Shown here: piece by piece, positions 18,193 to 28,316 of the stretch
How positions within the stretch are numbered: position 1 is the stretch's first letter
Layout of the letters: each line of letters starts with the position of its first letter
Position numbers and translations under genes: made by a program
Notes under the pieces: generated by a model
The model's input: only the letters and a program-made list of their open reading frames with translations
The model's database searches: none
What the model was told of the DNA's origin: nothing
IMG/VR virus record: IMGVR_UViG_3300037312_000927
Source: a virus
Strand: one strand, 5' to 3'
DNA length: 64,000 nt

Positions 18193-19112
18193 TGTACGAA
18201 CGCGCCAAATATAAAGACACTGGTAAATTAGACTATCGTGATATACCCGACCCCGTTGCAACGTTAAAACGTGATGGCGCTCACTTCTTTCTCCAAATCG
18301 ATAACGAGGGTAACCAAAAGTACTACTCTCGTAGGCCTTCGGTAAAGGGAGGTCATCCGGAAAGGTCCGCACAAATCCCTCATTTATCCGAAAAGAAATT
18401 ACCTCAATTTGCAGGCCAGGTATTCAGCGTTGAGCTCATCCACACCGGTCATCTTAAAGAAACACCAGAGTCTCACACGGCTACTAGTGGTATATTGAAT
18501 TCATTACCTCTCAGGGCTATTCAAACCCAAAAAGACACTGGGCCAATTCGGGCTGCCCTTATCGATGTTATTGAACCTAAATTACCAACGTATAAAGATA
18601 AGCTAGTCCATATGAAAACGTTGGAAAAGCACTTTGGTAACCCTGATTTAATGTTTGTTGATGATCCTGCTATCGGAGTAAAGAACATCGAGAAGCTCAT
18701 CGATTTTACCAAGAGGCAGCAAAGGGAGGGCGTTATTGTAGCGAGCCTAACTCGACCAGAATATGATAATCCAAGATCGAAAATTAAACACTTTTATACT
18801 TTCAACCTGAGAGTTAACAGGGTCGTTCAAGAATTCGATAAGAATGGTAAACCAAAAGACTCGATGGGGGCCTTGGAACTTACGGATTCAACTGGCAGAG
18901 TTGTAGGTATGGTTGGTACAGGATTTTCAAGACCATTACGTCAGGAGATTTGGAAAAATCCAAGGGAATGGATAGGTCGTCTTATCCAGGTTAAAACGAT
19001 GGGATTAAGTATCGAAGGAGGTAGACTCCGAGCCCCTGTATTCAACGGTGACGCTGATGGGGACATTGACAAAGTCGAATACGGGGTATACGATAAACTC
19101 CATATTAAATAA
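18192..19112 (+). CDS. lig: ATP-dependent DNA ligase (minimal, adenylation plus OB domain)
   Basis: K-x-D-G (LKRDG), EGVIV, SKIK, VGMVGTGFS, GRLIQVK. Confidence 0.88.
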   Translation: MYERAKYKDTGKLDYRDIPDPVATLKRDGAHFFLQIDNEGNQKYYSRRPSVKGGHPERSAQIPHLSEKKLPQFAGQVFSVELIHTGHLKETPESHTATSGILNSLPLRAIQTQKDTGPIRAALIDVIEPKLPTYKDKLVHMKTLEKHFGNPDLMFVDDPAIGVKNIEKLIDFTKRQQREGVIVASLTRPEYDNPRSKIKHFYTFNLRVNRVVQEFDKNGKPKDSMGALELTDSTGRVVGMVGTGFSRPLRQEIWKNPREWIGRLIQVKTMGLSIEGGRLRAPVFNGDADGDIDKVEYGVYDKLHIK

Positions 19113-19114
19113 AG

Positions 19115-19143
19115 AAAAAGCCCGGAATTAACCGGGCTTTTTT
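19115..19143. terminator. Bidirectional terminator between convergent genes
   Basis: AAAAAGCCCGG-aattaa-CCGGGCTTTTT. Confidence 0.85.
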
Positions 19144-21049
19144 ATAGCTTCCTAAACATATTTCTAAAATAATGTTTTAGTTTTTCAGGACCTGAACCAT
19201 TAATATTTAACAATAAAGACTTGCCAGTTAAGTATAATCCCCCGGTACCTAGTTCTAGTTCCCTGAATAACATATTAGTTACCGTTTTCAAATCAACAAT
19301 GAAATTGGCTGATGTCACTCCTAACTGCCTCCCTAATTTACCCTGAGATTCACCAGAACCTATTACATACTCAGTAGAGCCTAGACTCATTTTTCTAGAA
19401 TTTGTAGTTGATATAGGATTCCCATTTAGGTAGTACTCACCGGGTACTACATTAAACTCTGTAGAAAACTTAGAGATAACCCCGCTATACGATAAATTGT
19501 ATTCTCCCGCATAGATATATAAATCCCTTACAACAGGCCCTCCGGAGCCAGGATTTTGATTGTATTCTAGTATACTTGAGTAAGGATTTACGGAGAACGA
19601 ACCCTTTGATATCTGCAGAAGTCTATTTAAAGACTGGGTTAAGCCGCTACCCGATAGTACTACAGAACCCGTGCCAGTTTTTAACGCTGAAGCTAGATTT
19701 AATTTAGTGTTATTAGAAACTAACGTAAATCCTGCATATTGGGCGTTGAAGGAATATCCTCTGAAAAACCCTACCGAGTTAGTACCGGTAGTAAAAGTAC
19801 CACTAGATAGATTCTTAAGTAGAGATCTTGTAAAACCCGTAGCACTACCTGTTATGGAGAAAGATCTAGAGCTAGTTACTAAAGTCTTCCCTGCAAAAAA
19901 ACCTACTGACGAGGGGTTTATACCAAATGCCGACGAACTGACAGTCAGATTTCTATTTAAATATAGATTAGAATTTAAGTACTGAGCAACAACTGTTCCA
20001 ACTATGCCTACAAGTTTTCTATTAAAGAAGACACTTGCATTTATACTACTTAAATTTAAACTCCCCGTATTACCATATATATTTCTACTTACATTCAGAT
20101 TAGGATTGATAGCTAGTAAATTATAACTTCCCGTATTTAAACTTAGAAGTTTATTCAAATTTAATGCTACGGGTTCTCCAATTAAAGACATGGAGTAACT
20201 AGTCAACCCTAGTCTAGGACCATATGATAATTTGGCCTGAATTTGGGATAAGCTAAATCCGTATTGAGTTGCGTTTAGAGTATATGAAGAACTAGATACT
20301 GGTAAAAATAGCCTTAGGTTTTTAGATAATGAGGTATCCCTGAATAATTGCCAGGGATTATCAGCTAGAGACTTCATCTCAGCGTCTGTGAGGGATCTAC
20401 TCCAGCCTATTACCAGGCTTAGATTTCCTGTAGTCCAAGCTTGAGCTTGAGTTGAAGTTCCATTAGTTTTTCTACAACCTATCCAGAAAGTTCCGCTAGG
20501 GCCACGGGGTGCCCCAGCAGTCGTGGATGCAGCAGTCTTAGAACCATTTTGGAAAATTGCTGTACTAGACGGAGAACATACCGCACCCATGGTAAAACCC
20601 CGTGCAACGTCCGTAGAGGACATAGCTGTTGGGGAAATAACCTGTCCAGTTGTCGTAGAATCATTAAAAAATGGGATAAACTCAACTTTTCCTGAGTTTA
20701 TACGAAACTGGAATCTTCTATTTCCGGTCGCACTATCATCATCATCAATAGAACTCTGTATACCAGAGGTAGTGCCGGTCCCATAGGCGAATAAACTATA
20801 AGTATTCGTAGTAATGGAGGTACTGCCGGTATCTATTATACGAGTCAGAGATGAACTGGCCTTTGTACCCAGTCCGATAGGAGTTGAATTTGACGTACCC
20901 GCTACGAAAGGGGTTTGCACAGGTTTTGTAGAAATAAAACCTGCTGCCCCACTACCACCTAAAACATAGATAAAAGCTATACCAGCCGTAATAGGATTTG
21001 TTAAGTCTAGCTGAAGTCTTCCCTGAGGCTGGTACCGCATCATTGCCAT
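19142..21049 (-). CDS. Tail fibre/receptor-binding-like protein (LamG-like N-domain plus Ser/Gly/Leu repeats)
   Basis: 635 aa; beta-sandwich-like N-terminus (FWIG...WSRSLTDAEM..L..NPWQLF); repeated GS-x2-L-x-G-x5-L-x3-R-x-L units. Confidence 0.55.
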   Translation of the reverse strand: MAMMRYQPQGRLQLDLTNPITAGIAFIYVLGGSGAAGFISTKPVQTPFVAGTSNSTPIGLGTKASSSLTRIIDTGSTSITTNTYSLFAYGTGTTSGIQSSIDDDDSATGNRRFQFRINSGKVEFIPFFNDSTTTGQVISPTAMSSTDVARGFTMGAVCSPSSTAIFQNGSKTAASTTAGAPRGPSGTFWIGCRKTNGTSTQAQAWTTGNLSLVIGWSRSLTDAEMKSLADNPWQLFRDTSLSKNLRLFLPVSSSSYTLNATQYGFSLSQIQAKLSYGPRLGLTSYSMSLIGEPVALNLNKLLSLNTGSYNLLAINPNLNVSRNIYGNTGSLNLSSINASVFFNRKLVGIVGTVVAQYLNSNLYLNRNLTVSSSAFGINPSSVGFFAGKTLVTSSRSFSITGSATGFTRSLLKNLSSGTFTTGTNSVGFFRGYSFNAQYAGFTLVSNNTKLNLASALKTGTGSVVLSGSGLTQSLNRLLQISKGSFSVNPYSSILEYNQNPGSGGPVVRDLYIYAGEYNLSYSGVISKFSTEFNVVPGEYYLNGNPISTTNSRKMSLGSTEYVIGSGESQGKLGRQLGVTSANFIVDLKTVTNMLFRELELGTGGLYLTGKSLLLNINGSGPEKLKHYFRNMFRKL

Positions 21050-21050
21050 A

Positions 21051-21422
21051 TTAAACTCCCGTTATAGCTTGTAGGTATGCCTCTACCGTAACTGGTTGAA
21101 CCGTATTTGCGTATGCTATGATTCTTACATACATAACTCCTACATCCAGCTGGATAGTAGAGCTATAGATACTGGAATTGACAGTATCTCCACTAGCGGT
21201 GTAGTAATCATACCAATTAGTACCATCCATAGATGTTTGAAAAGTAATGGAAATAGCTACCGTAGGGGCCGTTGCTCCATTAGTAATTTTATATACTAAA
21301 TCTCCACCGTAGTAGGATCTGCAATCTATAGAGGTCCCCGAGAGGGGAGCACTTTTAGTATAAGTACCGGCAGAGACTGAAGTGGAGGCTAGTAAAGTAA
21401 CTGAAGTTTTAGTTATTGCCAT
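21051..21422 (-). CDS. Tail-associated beta-sandwich protein
   Basis: 123 aa, Thr/Ser-rich, FQTSMDGTNWYD, YVRI. Confidence 0.5.
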   Translation of the reverse strand: MAITKTSVTLLASTSVSAGTYTKSAPLSGTSIDCRSYYGGDLVYKITNGATAPTVAISITFQTSMDGTNWYDYYTASGDTVNSSIYSSTIQLDVGVMYVRIIAYANTVQPVTVEAYLQAITGV

Positions 21423-21844
21423 TATTTTTCTGATCCATCATCGTTGAACATAATATTTGATATTTCCTGAGCAGAATATTCGTAGGATTCCATACCTAAA
21501 TCGCATATGGCATCTGCCTGTTCCTGGGTTAATACAGCGGGCACAAATGCTTGAACTGCGGCTTGTGCCTCAGGAGCCCCTATCAGGAATCTACCAGTTT
21601 CAAGTAAAGGGCGAACATATCTGTATACATCATTAGAATTTATAACATCAAGAAATGCACTCCCTACGGTTATCCCTAGTACTTGTAGAATTCTACCATT
21701 ACCAATTTCATAATCCGTAGGGCGTTTAAGCCCCACGGACATGATTTTAGCTATAGTGAACGGATCTTTTGCCGTAATATAAGGTGCGCAATCAGGGTTC
21801 GCCTTTATCGCATTCCTTAGATTAATCTCTTCTTCAGACGTCAT
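21422..21844 (-). CDS. Hypothetical protein of the tail-fibre cassette
   Basis: 140 aa, overlapping start/stop with its neighbour. Confidence 0.6.
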   Translation of the reverse strand: MTSEEEINLRNAIKANPDCAPYITAKDPFTIAKIMSVGLKRPTDYEIGNGRILQVLGITVGSAFLDVINSNDVYRYVRPLLETGRFLIGAPEAQAAVQAFVPAVLTQEQADAICDLGMESYEYSAQEISNIMFNDDGSEK

Positions 21845-21856
21845 AAGATTACCTTA

Positions 21857-22276
21857 TTAAGTTAGTGTCAACACGCCATTAGTTTGATCAAAGTTCACAT
21901 TCAAGGAATCGCCATCATTTAATGTCAATGCCGTTCCATAATCATAAAAACCTATGAGATTACCGGAGGCAGGGGTACTATTAGCAACTACTACATAGCG
22001 GAAAGGTCCCACAGCTCCACCCGTAGCAGTTAGAGTAGTGTTTGCAATTACCAGCTTGTAAACACCTCCTGTTTGCGCCGAAGAAGTTACGGTGAGATTA
22101 CGGGATGAACAGTTTGTATACGTAATCTGGGTAATATCAGAAGTAACCGAACTTCCAGATGCAGTAGGTGCAGTATTAGTCAGTAGTAAAACTAGTTGGT
22201 CATTTTGAAGATTGTGAACTTTTTCAGCAAGAGCTTCAGTAAATGCATTGAATTTTTGAAAAGTAGCGGTAGCCAT
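21857..22276 (-). CDS. Conserved phage tail-cassette protein
   Basis: 139 aa; MATATFQKFNAFTEALAEKVHNL...GPFRYVVVAN...LIGFYDYG pattern typical of virion proteins next to fibre genes. Confidence 0.55.
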   Translation of the reverse strand: MATATFQKFNAFTEALAEKVHNLQNDQLVLLLTNTAPTASGSSVTSDITQITYTNCSSRNLTVTSSAQTGGVYKLVIANTTLTATGGAVGPFRYVVVANSTPASGNLIGFYDYGTALTLNDGDSLNVNFDQTNGVLTLT

Positions 22277-22320
22277 TATTTAGTCTTTCTTTAAAAAGGT
22301 ATTTCTTATTTATATTACCG

Positions 22321-23007
22321 TTATATCCATCTAAATTTAGGATTACCGGTCATTGCTGTTACATAGAGTCTTTGGCCTCCTGCCAGGTTTTCATCCCAGT
22401 TTGGACCTGTAGTAATGCCAGATATAGTAAAAGTACTAGGAGGTGGTGATTGTGGCTGTGAACTTGAAATGGTGAAAGTCAAACTATCATTTTCACTCAG
22501 ATAAAGTCGCACGCCAGTAGCATTGTCAGGTGGAATTCCTAGAAGAGCCCCGTTAGGTGTAGAAGTAGGCACATCTAACAAATCTCCTATACCTACTACC
22601 GCAGCCACCTTTAATACTTCGTCCCCTAATGTGGGGAATCCGCTAGAATTTGGGCTCAACCCACTACGGATAATAGTAGATAACCCTTTATACATTAATT
22701 TTGTGGTACCAGATGGGAACGTGATATACAATCCGTAAGAGCCTGAACCCCAGTTCGTATTAAGGACGGATAACCACGGGATATGGACATCAACAGTTCC
22801 CAGAATACCTCCCACTACAACGTTACTACTAGTAGACGAATTAAATATAATGGGTGTAGTTAGATATTCAAATTTTATTGTAATGTAAGCCGTAGCATTA
22901 GTAAGGTCTAAAGGTAAGCCCGTAGAGCTATCAGTACATTCGAAAGTTTGATAAAAATCAAGACCTTCTTCAATTTCTAAATTAAGAGTTTGAGTTACAA
23001 AAGCCAT
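22321..23007 (-). CDS. Baseplate upper protein (BppU-like Ig domain) candidate
   Basis: LEIEEGLDFYQTF...PLDLTNATAYITIK...YGLYITFP. Confidence 0.5.
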   Translation of the reverse strand: MAFVTQTLNLEIEEGLDFYQTFECTDSSTGLPLDLTNATAYITIKFEYLTTPIIFNSSTSSNVVVGGILGTVDVHIPWLSVLNTNWGSGSYGLYITFPSGTTKLMYKGLSTIIRSGLSPNSSGFPTLGDEVLKVAAVVGIGDLLDVPTSTPNGALLGIPPDNATGVRLYLSENDSLTFTISSSQPQSPPPSTFTISGITTGPNWDENLAGGQRLYVTAMTGNPKFRWI

Positions 23008-23011
23008 CGTA

Positions 23012-24184
23012 TCATCCTATTGTGATTGGGGTATTTTCTTTAATAGTCCCATCCTTCAGGGCTTTCAAAGCTTCAAGTTCAGTTTTAAAATGCACTGGTT
23101 CCTGGGTCATATCCGGCTGAGTCATATGAACACTGCCGATAATAGCTTCGTGGCCAGGTGCAACCATACTGCTGTTCAACCCTTTACGATAATCGTGAAT
23201 GTGGTGTTCTGGCAGAAGTTTAGTCCTAGCTTCCAAAACCGCTTCAGGTGTCATCGGTACTTGCAGGGTAAGCGCGTCACCATCGTAGTCACCTGCGTAT
23301 AGTGGTAGGTGCAAAGGGTTAATACCGATAGTTTTACCCTTAATAGGCACTGGGTAGTGAGCGGTAATGTTAGTTCTCATCAGGGTAGGTGCACGGTTTA
23401 GCAGCACTGGAATCTGTTTGATGAGTTTGTTAAAACTCGCCCTAGCTGCAGGACTTCTTTCTGCAACTGCTCGCTTAGCACTTACGTAGTCGTAACCTTG
23501 TCTGACCAGGTCTCGGGTAATATGGAAAGCGTATGTTACCCAAATCATGTCTTCAGGGATAGCGGCTTCGTTAAACCCTAGATTAGGCTCAGCATAAATA
23601 GTGCCTCGTCCTGAGAAGTCCAGTTTCTTACTTAGCAGCTTGCTATGGAAGAAACCTTGCTTAGGACCGGAAGTACCTGAGATCTGGCGGATATAACCCT
23701 TCAAATTCTTACCACGGCTTGAACCTGAGATTGCGTCTCCGAGTCCAAAAATAGCTTTGGCACCGTCGTATAGGGCTTTTCTCTCAGCTACCATCATATC
23801 GTCCGTCATGTAGTCTTTAATTCCTTTAAAGGACTCATTAACGGTCATGTGGTCTTTATAAAGCTCGTTGGCATCAGCATATTCGATGTTATTATTACCC
23901 ATAATGGTAATAGGTCGAGCTAGCGGAGGGGCCACCGGCATATGCCTAATGATGAACGCTTCATCTGGCTGTAATTCATTCTTGATTAACCCATCTACAT
24001 ACTTCAATTTCTTGATAAGCGTATCCCTTTTACTAGGGCTTTTAGTAGACAGAATTTCATCTTTCAGGCTTTTTGCTTGAGCTTGAAGATTTACACGGGA
24101 TAACATTTCCTCCAAGGCAGGACCACCTACCTTTAGGATGCCTGGATCCACTGATGTATTTTTATTCGCAGTTGAAGTAGTCAT
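23012..24184 (-). CDS. rpoC: RNA polymerase beta' subunit, middle (catalytic) part
   Basis: MPVAPPLARP, LLSKKLDFSGRGTI, VLLNRAPTL, catalytic YAGDYDGD (three Asp of NADFDGD retained). Confidence 0.93.
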   Translation of the reverse strand: MTTSTANKNTSVDPGILKVGGPALEEMLSRVNLQAQAKSLKDEILSTKSPSKRDTLIKKLKYVDGLIKNELQPDEAFIIRHMPVAPPLARPITIMGNNNIEYADANELYKDHMTVNESFKGIKDYMTDDMMVAERKALYDGAKAIFGLGDAISGSSRGKNLKGYIRQISGTSGPKQGFFHSKLLSKKLDFSGRGTIYAEPNLGFNEAAIPEDMIWVTYAFHITRDLVRQGYDYVSAKRAVAERSPAARASFNKLIKQIPVLLNRAPTLMRTNITAHYPVPIKGKTIGINPLHLPLYAGDYDGDALTLQVPMTPEAVLEARTKLLPEHHIHDYRKGLNSSMVAPGHEAIIGSVHMTQPDMTQEPVHFKTELEALKALKDGTIKENTPITIG

Positions 24185-24219
24185 GATAATAGTTTAACTC
24201 TCGGCTATATTTGAATATT

Positions 24220-24244
24220 AAAAAACCCGGACTAGCCGGGTTTT
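24220..24244. terminator. Terminator hairpin between RNAP genes
   Basis: AAAAAACCCGG-acta-GCCGGGTTTT (imperfect stem). Confidence 0.65.
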
Positions 24245-24253
24245 ATTTTAAGC

Positions 24254-27200
24254 TTACGCTTCCTCGTGTTCCTCGGGCTCCGGATCATCCACGTGGTCAA
24301 CAAGGCTGCTTACCCTTGTATCTATCACCTTCAGCTTTTTGCCACTGCTGGTATCGTGGAGATGGAAAATGCCGTCCTTAACATGAGTGATACCGATAGA
24401 TCCTTGAACAATACCTGTATACTCTTTAGTATTCAGGCCTAGTAGGCTCTTGATAGGTCTTTCGAAAGCCGGGTTAGCAATCGGTTCAGCCAATCTGTAG
24501 TGAGTCCATTTGGTTCCTCGGATACCTCCGGTAAGAGCACTGTCAAACAACCCGCCCTTTTCAGGTTCCAGATTCTTGGCATTAAGTCTGGTAGGTTCTT
24601 TAATTTCACCATTACTCATCTCCATGATATCTCTATCAGTTAACGGGCTAGCAGTGATATTACCTTTATCAAACGAGGTCTTGATGCCACTCGCAGTTAG
24701 ATAGTTGAAGAACTTTTCAGTCGCAAAGGTCGTCTTAGGCTTCGGGAGAGGCTGACCAGTTAAGAACTTCTTCCAGTAGTCACTATTCTCTTCACTCTTC
24801 AGTGTTGTAATCTCTTTAAGATTCTTACGGGCATCTGAACCGAGCAAACCAAGCATCTCCATGTAACCGACACTCTTGGAACCTTCTTCGCCACCCTTAG
24901 TAGGTTGCATCGTATTATCATAGGCGCCGACGTTACGAGCACTCCAGTTTTGGTCAGAGGTCTTATAAAGCTTAATCATGTACTGAGGCCCAGTTAGGAT
25001 CTTGCCTAATTCCTTGCCAGTTTTCGGATCCACAAACACTTCACTATCTTCTATGCCGTGGCTCTTAAGCTCTTTGTTAATATCTACAATGTTAGAATTC
25101 TTCGAGAAATTGTGAATTCTATAAGGTTGCCCCGTCTTCTGAGCAATTTTACCAGCTGCGGTCTCCATCAGCTGACCCAGATTAATACGGCTGGTAACTG
25201 ATGCAGGGTTCAATAGAATATCCGCAGGTTTACCGGTTTCCTTGTTGAATGGCATTTCATGATCTTCCAGAATCAGCGAAACGATACCTTTGTTACCATG
25301 CATACCTGTTAGTTTATCGCCGACTTCTAGTTCCTTGACACTACGGATCAGGATGCGAATTGCTTTACCTTCGGTATGGGCGTCGACTACTACACCAGGC
25401 TCATCGTGGTGCCAGACCTCTGTAACGGCTCTATATGGGTTCACGAGGTTCTTATGGAGTCTACCTAGCATCTTGTCTTCAGGAGTTGGTTCACGCTTCT
25501 CTAGGACGATATAGACGGGATCTCCGTTAACAAGCTTAGTGCCGATCAGCGGGAATCCTTTATCATCCAGTTTTTCAAGTTGCTCTTTAGTGAACTTGCC
25601 CGGGAAATAACGAGGGATTAGGCTCTTCTTCAACAGAGTTGTAGGCTGTACATCATAGTCAACTTTATAAGCATGGTGGCTGCTCAGGCTTTGAGCACAA
25701 CTTCTGCTAATAACAAGTCCATCCTCGTGGTTATAACCCTTATATGGCATGTACGCTACTTGAAGGTTTTTACCTAGAGCCAGTACGCCGTCTTTGGTGT
25801 AATTGTTATCAACAAGTACTTGTCCAGCTTTTATCTTATCGCCGACTTTGACCAGAGGATGTTCATCATCATAGAAACCCTTCATATTAAACGGAAGATT
25901 TTTAACCAAGGTGATGGTGTGGTCTTTACCGCTTTCATCAGTTAGTACGATAGCTTTGTTCGTGATCGATTTCACAGTACCGTTGACTGGCGAAGTAGTT
26001 TGAGAAATGACTTTAGCCAGAGTTTCAACGAAGGCTCTACCGTGTTCATCTACAGTTCTGACCAGAGGTGCTTCACGGTCTACCAGAGACAGCGCTTGTG
26101 GAATAGCCTTACCTGCCATGGTTAGGCGACCCGGATGGTTGCTGTTAAGGAACGGTACAAGATTAGTTGTAACCGTGTACAAGTCCGTAGCACTATTCAG
26201 CCAGTAATCGACTTTTGAAGCAGGAACTTCTCCTAGTTCACCTTTGATTTGAGCCTGGACAATATTCTTACCTTCTTGGTTAGGAAAACCGATTATGGAG
26301 TTCATCACTTCACCAACACTCAAGTAGACTTCCTTACCGTTCTTATCTTTCATACGTGCGTACAGATTACCTGCTTTGTCACGATGAGCTGCAATGGTGA
26401 AGCGTTGGTCAATACCAGCGTGGCCCGATTCCGGAGTACGGGATGGGTCAAGGATACCTAAGTGGGATGGATCAATATCTCGGGCGCTCATAGGGACGCC
26501 GCGATCTGAACTGATACCACCTTCCAGGCCACCAAGCACAGTTACCTTACCAACGTTTTCCAGTGACTCGATCGGGTTAGTTTCACTAGGAGTGGTAACC
26601 AGGTTTGATTCGATGATGTAGCTGGAGAACAGTTTGTTGAAGGGTTTACTGGCCACCGATCCACGGATTTTAATAGGCTGACCACTTTTCTCCGCTTTAT
26701 CCAAAGCATAGGTAATACGGCTCTTAAGCGTGGATGTTAAAAGCTTCTCTTTCTTGAAACGGGTTTCCAGAAAGTCTGGCAGGTTCTGAACAGCTTTAAA
26801 CTGCAGAGAGTCTCGGTTATCTTCAGGCTTACGACCGGCGTGAACTTCAACAAGGTTATGCAGAGCCAGCAGCACCGCTTCATGCGTTACCGTGGCTAAG
26901 GGCTTACCGAGAGTGATCTTAGTCGTGTTGACGTTCAACTGAGAGTTTTCAAGAGCGAGACGCAGAGCTGCGATCTTTTCTTCTAGAGTGTTAGCTGGAG
27001 TCTTACGAGTAGTCAGGCGAGTGTATAGATCATTGATGATCTTCTCTTCTTTACCCGAGGTAGCCTTGAGGTTATCGTTCCAAACCGATTCAGGGATGTA
27101 CATCGATACTTCTTTAGGGCCAACGCCGAAAACCCTGGATAGCAAAGGCGCCAGAGGGATGCGGCTAGATGCCACTTCGACATAAAACATACCCGTCTGG

Positions 27201-27667
27201 GGTTCTAGAGTAATGGCAAAGCTTCTACCTGAGCCAGTATTCAAGTGTGCTTCAAGTTCTCCTGTTTCACGGGAGCGGGTATACACTCCTGGACGGAGCT
27301 GAAGCTGGTTAGCAGCAGCATAATTACTCCCTTTATACAGCAAAGTGCTTTTGCCAGTTAAATAAAAAGAGTCCATCAGGTTAAAATTCGCCTGCTTGTC
27401 TATGACATTACCGGTTACGTTATCAGTAAGCGTTAGGGTTCCCGTAATAGGGTAAGTCAAGGATCTCCCTTCAAGGATAGCTTTTTTCTCGTCCTCGTGA
27501 GTATATTCAATTCTTTTAGCATGAACGTCTGACAGGCTTAAAGTGTACTTTTTTGTGGATATAGGGAACTGGAGGGTAAGACCATTAATGAGAGCTTGAT
27601 CGACCCTATCATTAGTCTGCTTGGGTGAACTAAAAATAGGAGTTAATTCTTGTGCAGTTGCTGGCAT
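24254..27667 (-). CDS. rpoB: RNA polymerase beta subunit fused to the beta' N-terminal segment
   Basis: beta motifs TPESGHAG, LGKNLQVAYMPYKGYNHEDG, GDKLTGMHGNKG, NPASVTSRINLGQ; the tail SNGEIKEPTRLNAKNLEPEKGGLFD...THYRLAEP matches the start of bacterial beta'. Confidence 0.93.
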   Translation of the reverse strand: MPATAQELTPIFSSPKQTNDRVDQALINGLTLQFPISTKKYTLSLSDVHAKRIEYTHEDEKKAILEGRSLTYPITGTLTLTDNVTGNVIDKQANFNLMDSFYLTGKSTLLYKGSNYAAANQLQLRPGVYTRSRETGELEAHLNTGSGRSFAITLEPQTGMFYVEVASSRIPLAPLLSRVFGVGPKEVSMYIPESVWNDNLKATSGKEEKIINDLYTRLTTRKTPANTLEEKIAALRLALENSQLNVNTTKITLGKPLATVTHEAVLLALHNLVEVHAGRKPEDNRDSLQFKAVQNLPDFLETRFKKEKLLTSTLKSRITYALDKAEKSGQPIKIRGSVASKPFNKLFSSYIIESNLVTTPSETNPIESLENVGKVTVLGGLEGGISSDRGVPMSARDIDPSHLGILDPSRTPESGHAGIDQRFTIAAHRDKAGNLYARMKDKNGKEVYLSVGEVMNSIIGFPNQEGKNIVQAQIKGELGEVPASKVDYWLNSATDLYTVTTNLVPFLNSNHPGRLTMAGKAIPQALSLVDREAPLVRTVDEHGRAFVETLAKVISQTTSPVNGTVKSITNKAIVLTDESGKDHTITLVKNLPFNMKGFYDDEHPLVKVGDKIKAGQVLVDNNYTKDGVLALGKNLQVAYMPYKGYNHEDGLVISRSCAQSLSSHHAYKVDYDVQPTTLLKKSLIPRYFPGKFTKEQLEKLDDKGFPLIGTKLVNGDPVYIVLEKREPTPEDKMLGRLHKNLVNPYRAVTEVWHHDEPGVVVDAHTEGKAIRILIRSVKELEVGDKLTGMHGNKGIVSLILEDHEMPFNKETGKPADILLNPASVTSRINLGQLMETAAGKIAQKTGQPYRIHNFSKNSNIVDINKELKSHGIEDSEVFVDPKTGKELGKILTGPQYMIKLYKTSDQNWSARNVGAYDNTMQPTKGGEEGSKSVGYMEMLGLLGSDARKNLKEITTLKSEENSDYWKKFLTGQPLPKPKTTFATEKFFNYLTASGIKTSFDKGNITASPLTDRDIMEMSNGEIKEPTRLNAKNLEPEKGGLFDSALTGGIRGTKWTHYRLAEPIANPAFERPIKSLLGLNTKEYTGIVQGSIGITHVKDGIFHLHDTSSGKKLKVIDTRVSSLVDHVDDPEPEEHEEA

Positions 27668-28316
27668 TATATTCTTCTATGTCAAATTTATTGTATTTTG
27701 TTCTGTTCTCGAACCTAGATATGACGCGTAGGTTCTCGTGCACATGTAGGCCTGATACTAATTCACCCTTTAAGGGTATTATGTGATCAACCTCATGAGG
27801 TATCCCTGTCTCGGAACTCGTCTTTTCGCATAATTCATAGGTATCTTTAATTTTAGTTTCATCAGCCCATTTAGGGGTTCTTAGAAGTATCTCTGCACGT
27901 CTTTTGGTAGCCCTTATTTTATAAGGCACTGGATTTTTATAGTAATTAACTAAGGCCCACTTACGTACCTTATCTGAATTTTTCTTAGAATAATCCTTAG
28001 ATTTATCACACGAACACTTCATACAGGAATGGTCGGTCACTTGTCTTTCACTAAGATGACCCTTATGACAGGGGACTCCGGTGTAATATCGAGTCTTGCC
28101 TTGAGCTATAGCTGCGTCCCGGGTAATTATCCTAGGATCCGCATAGAGTTTTAGTCTAAGCTCGGTACCTTTTATACCTTCTTTTCTATAATGGCACCCT
28201 ACACAATTTTTGCTTACGGTGAACCTTTCGGATACATGCCCACGTTTGCACGGCTTACCTGTAAAGTATCTTTTAAGGCCTTTTTCCAAGGCCTCGTCCC
28301 TACTTAGGATTTCCAT
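27630..28316 (-). mobile_element. Free-standing HNH homing endonuclease gene
   Basis: Two EAL-x-KG-x-KRYFTG-x-PC-x2-GH repeats; HEVDHIIPL...VSGLHVHENL. Confidence 0.8.

Noticed and set aside
19918-19928. TTTGGTATAAA on the minus strand
   Set aside because: It lies inside the tail-fibre CDS (codons F-G-I-N) with no downstream gene to drive; likely chance
27630-28316. HNH as part of an intron in rpoB
   Set aside because: It is coupled to the upstream ORF by a TAATG overlap, no intron core flanks it, and rpoB appears to have a complete N-terminus
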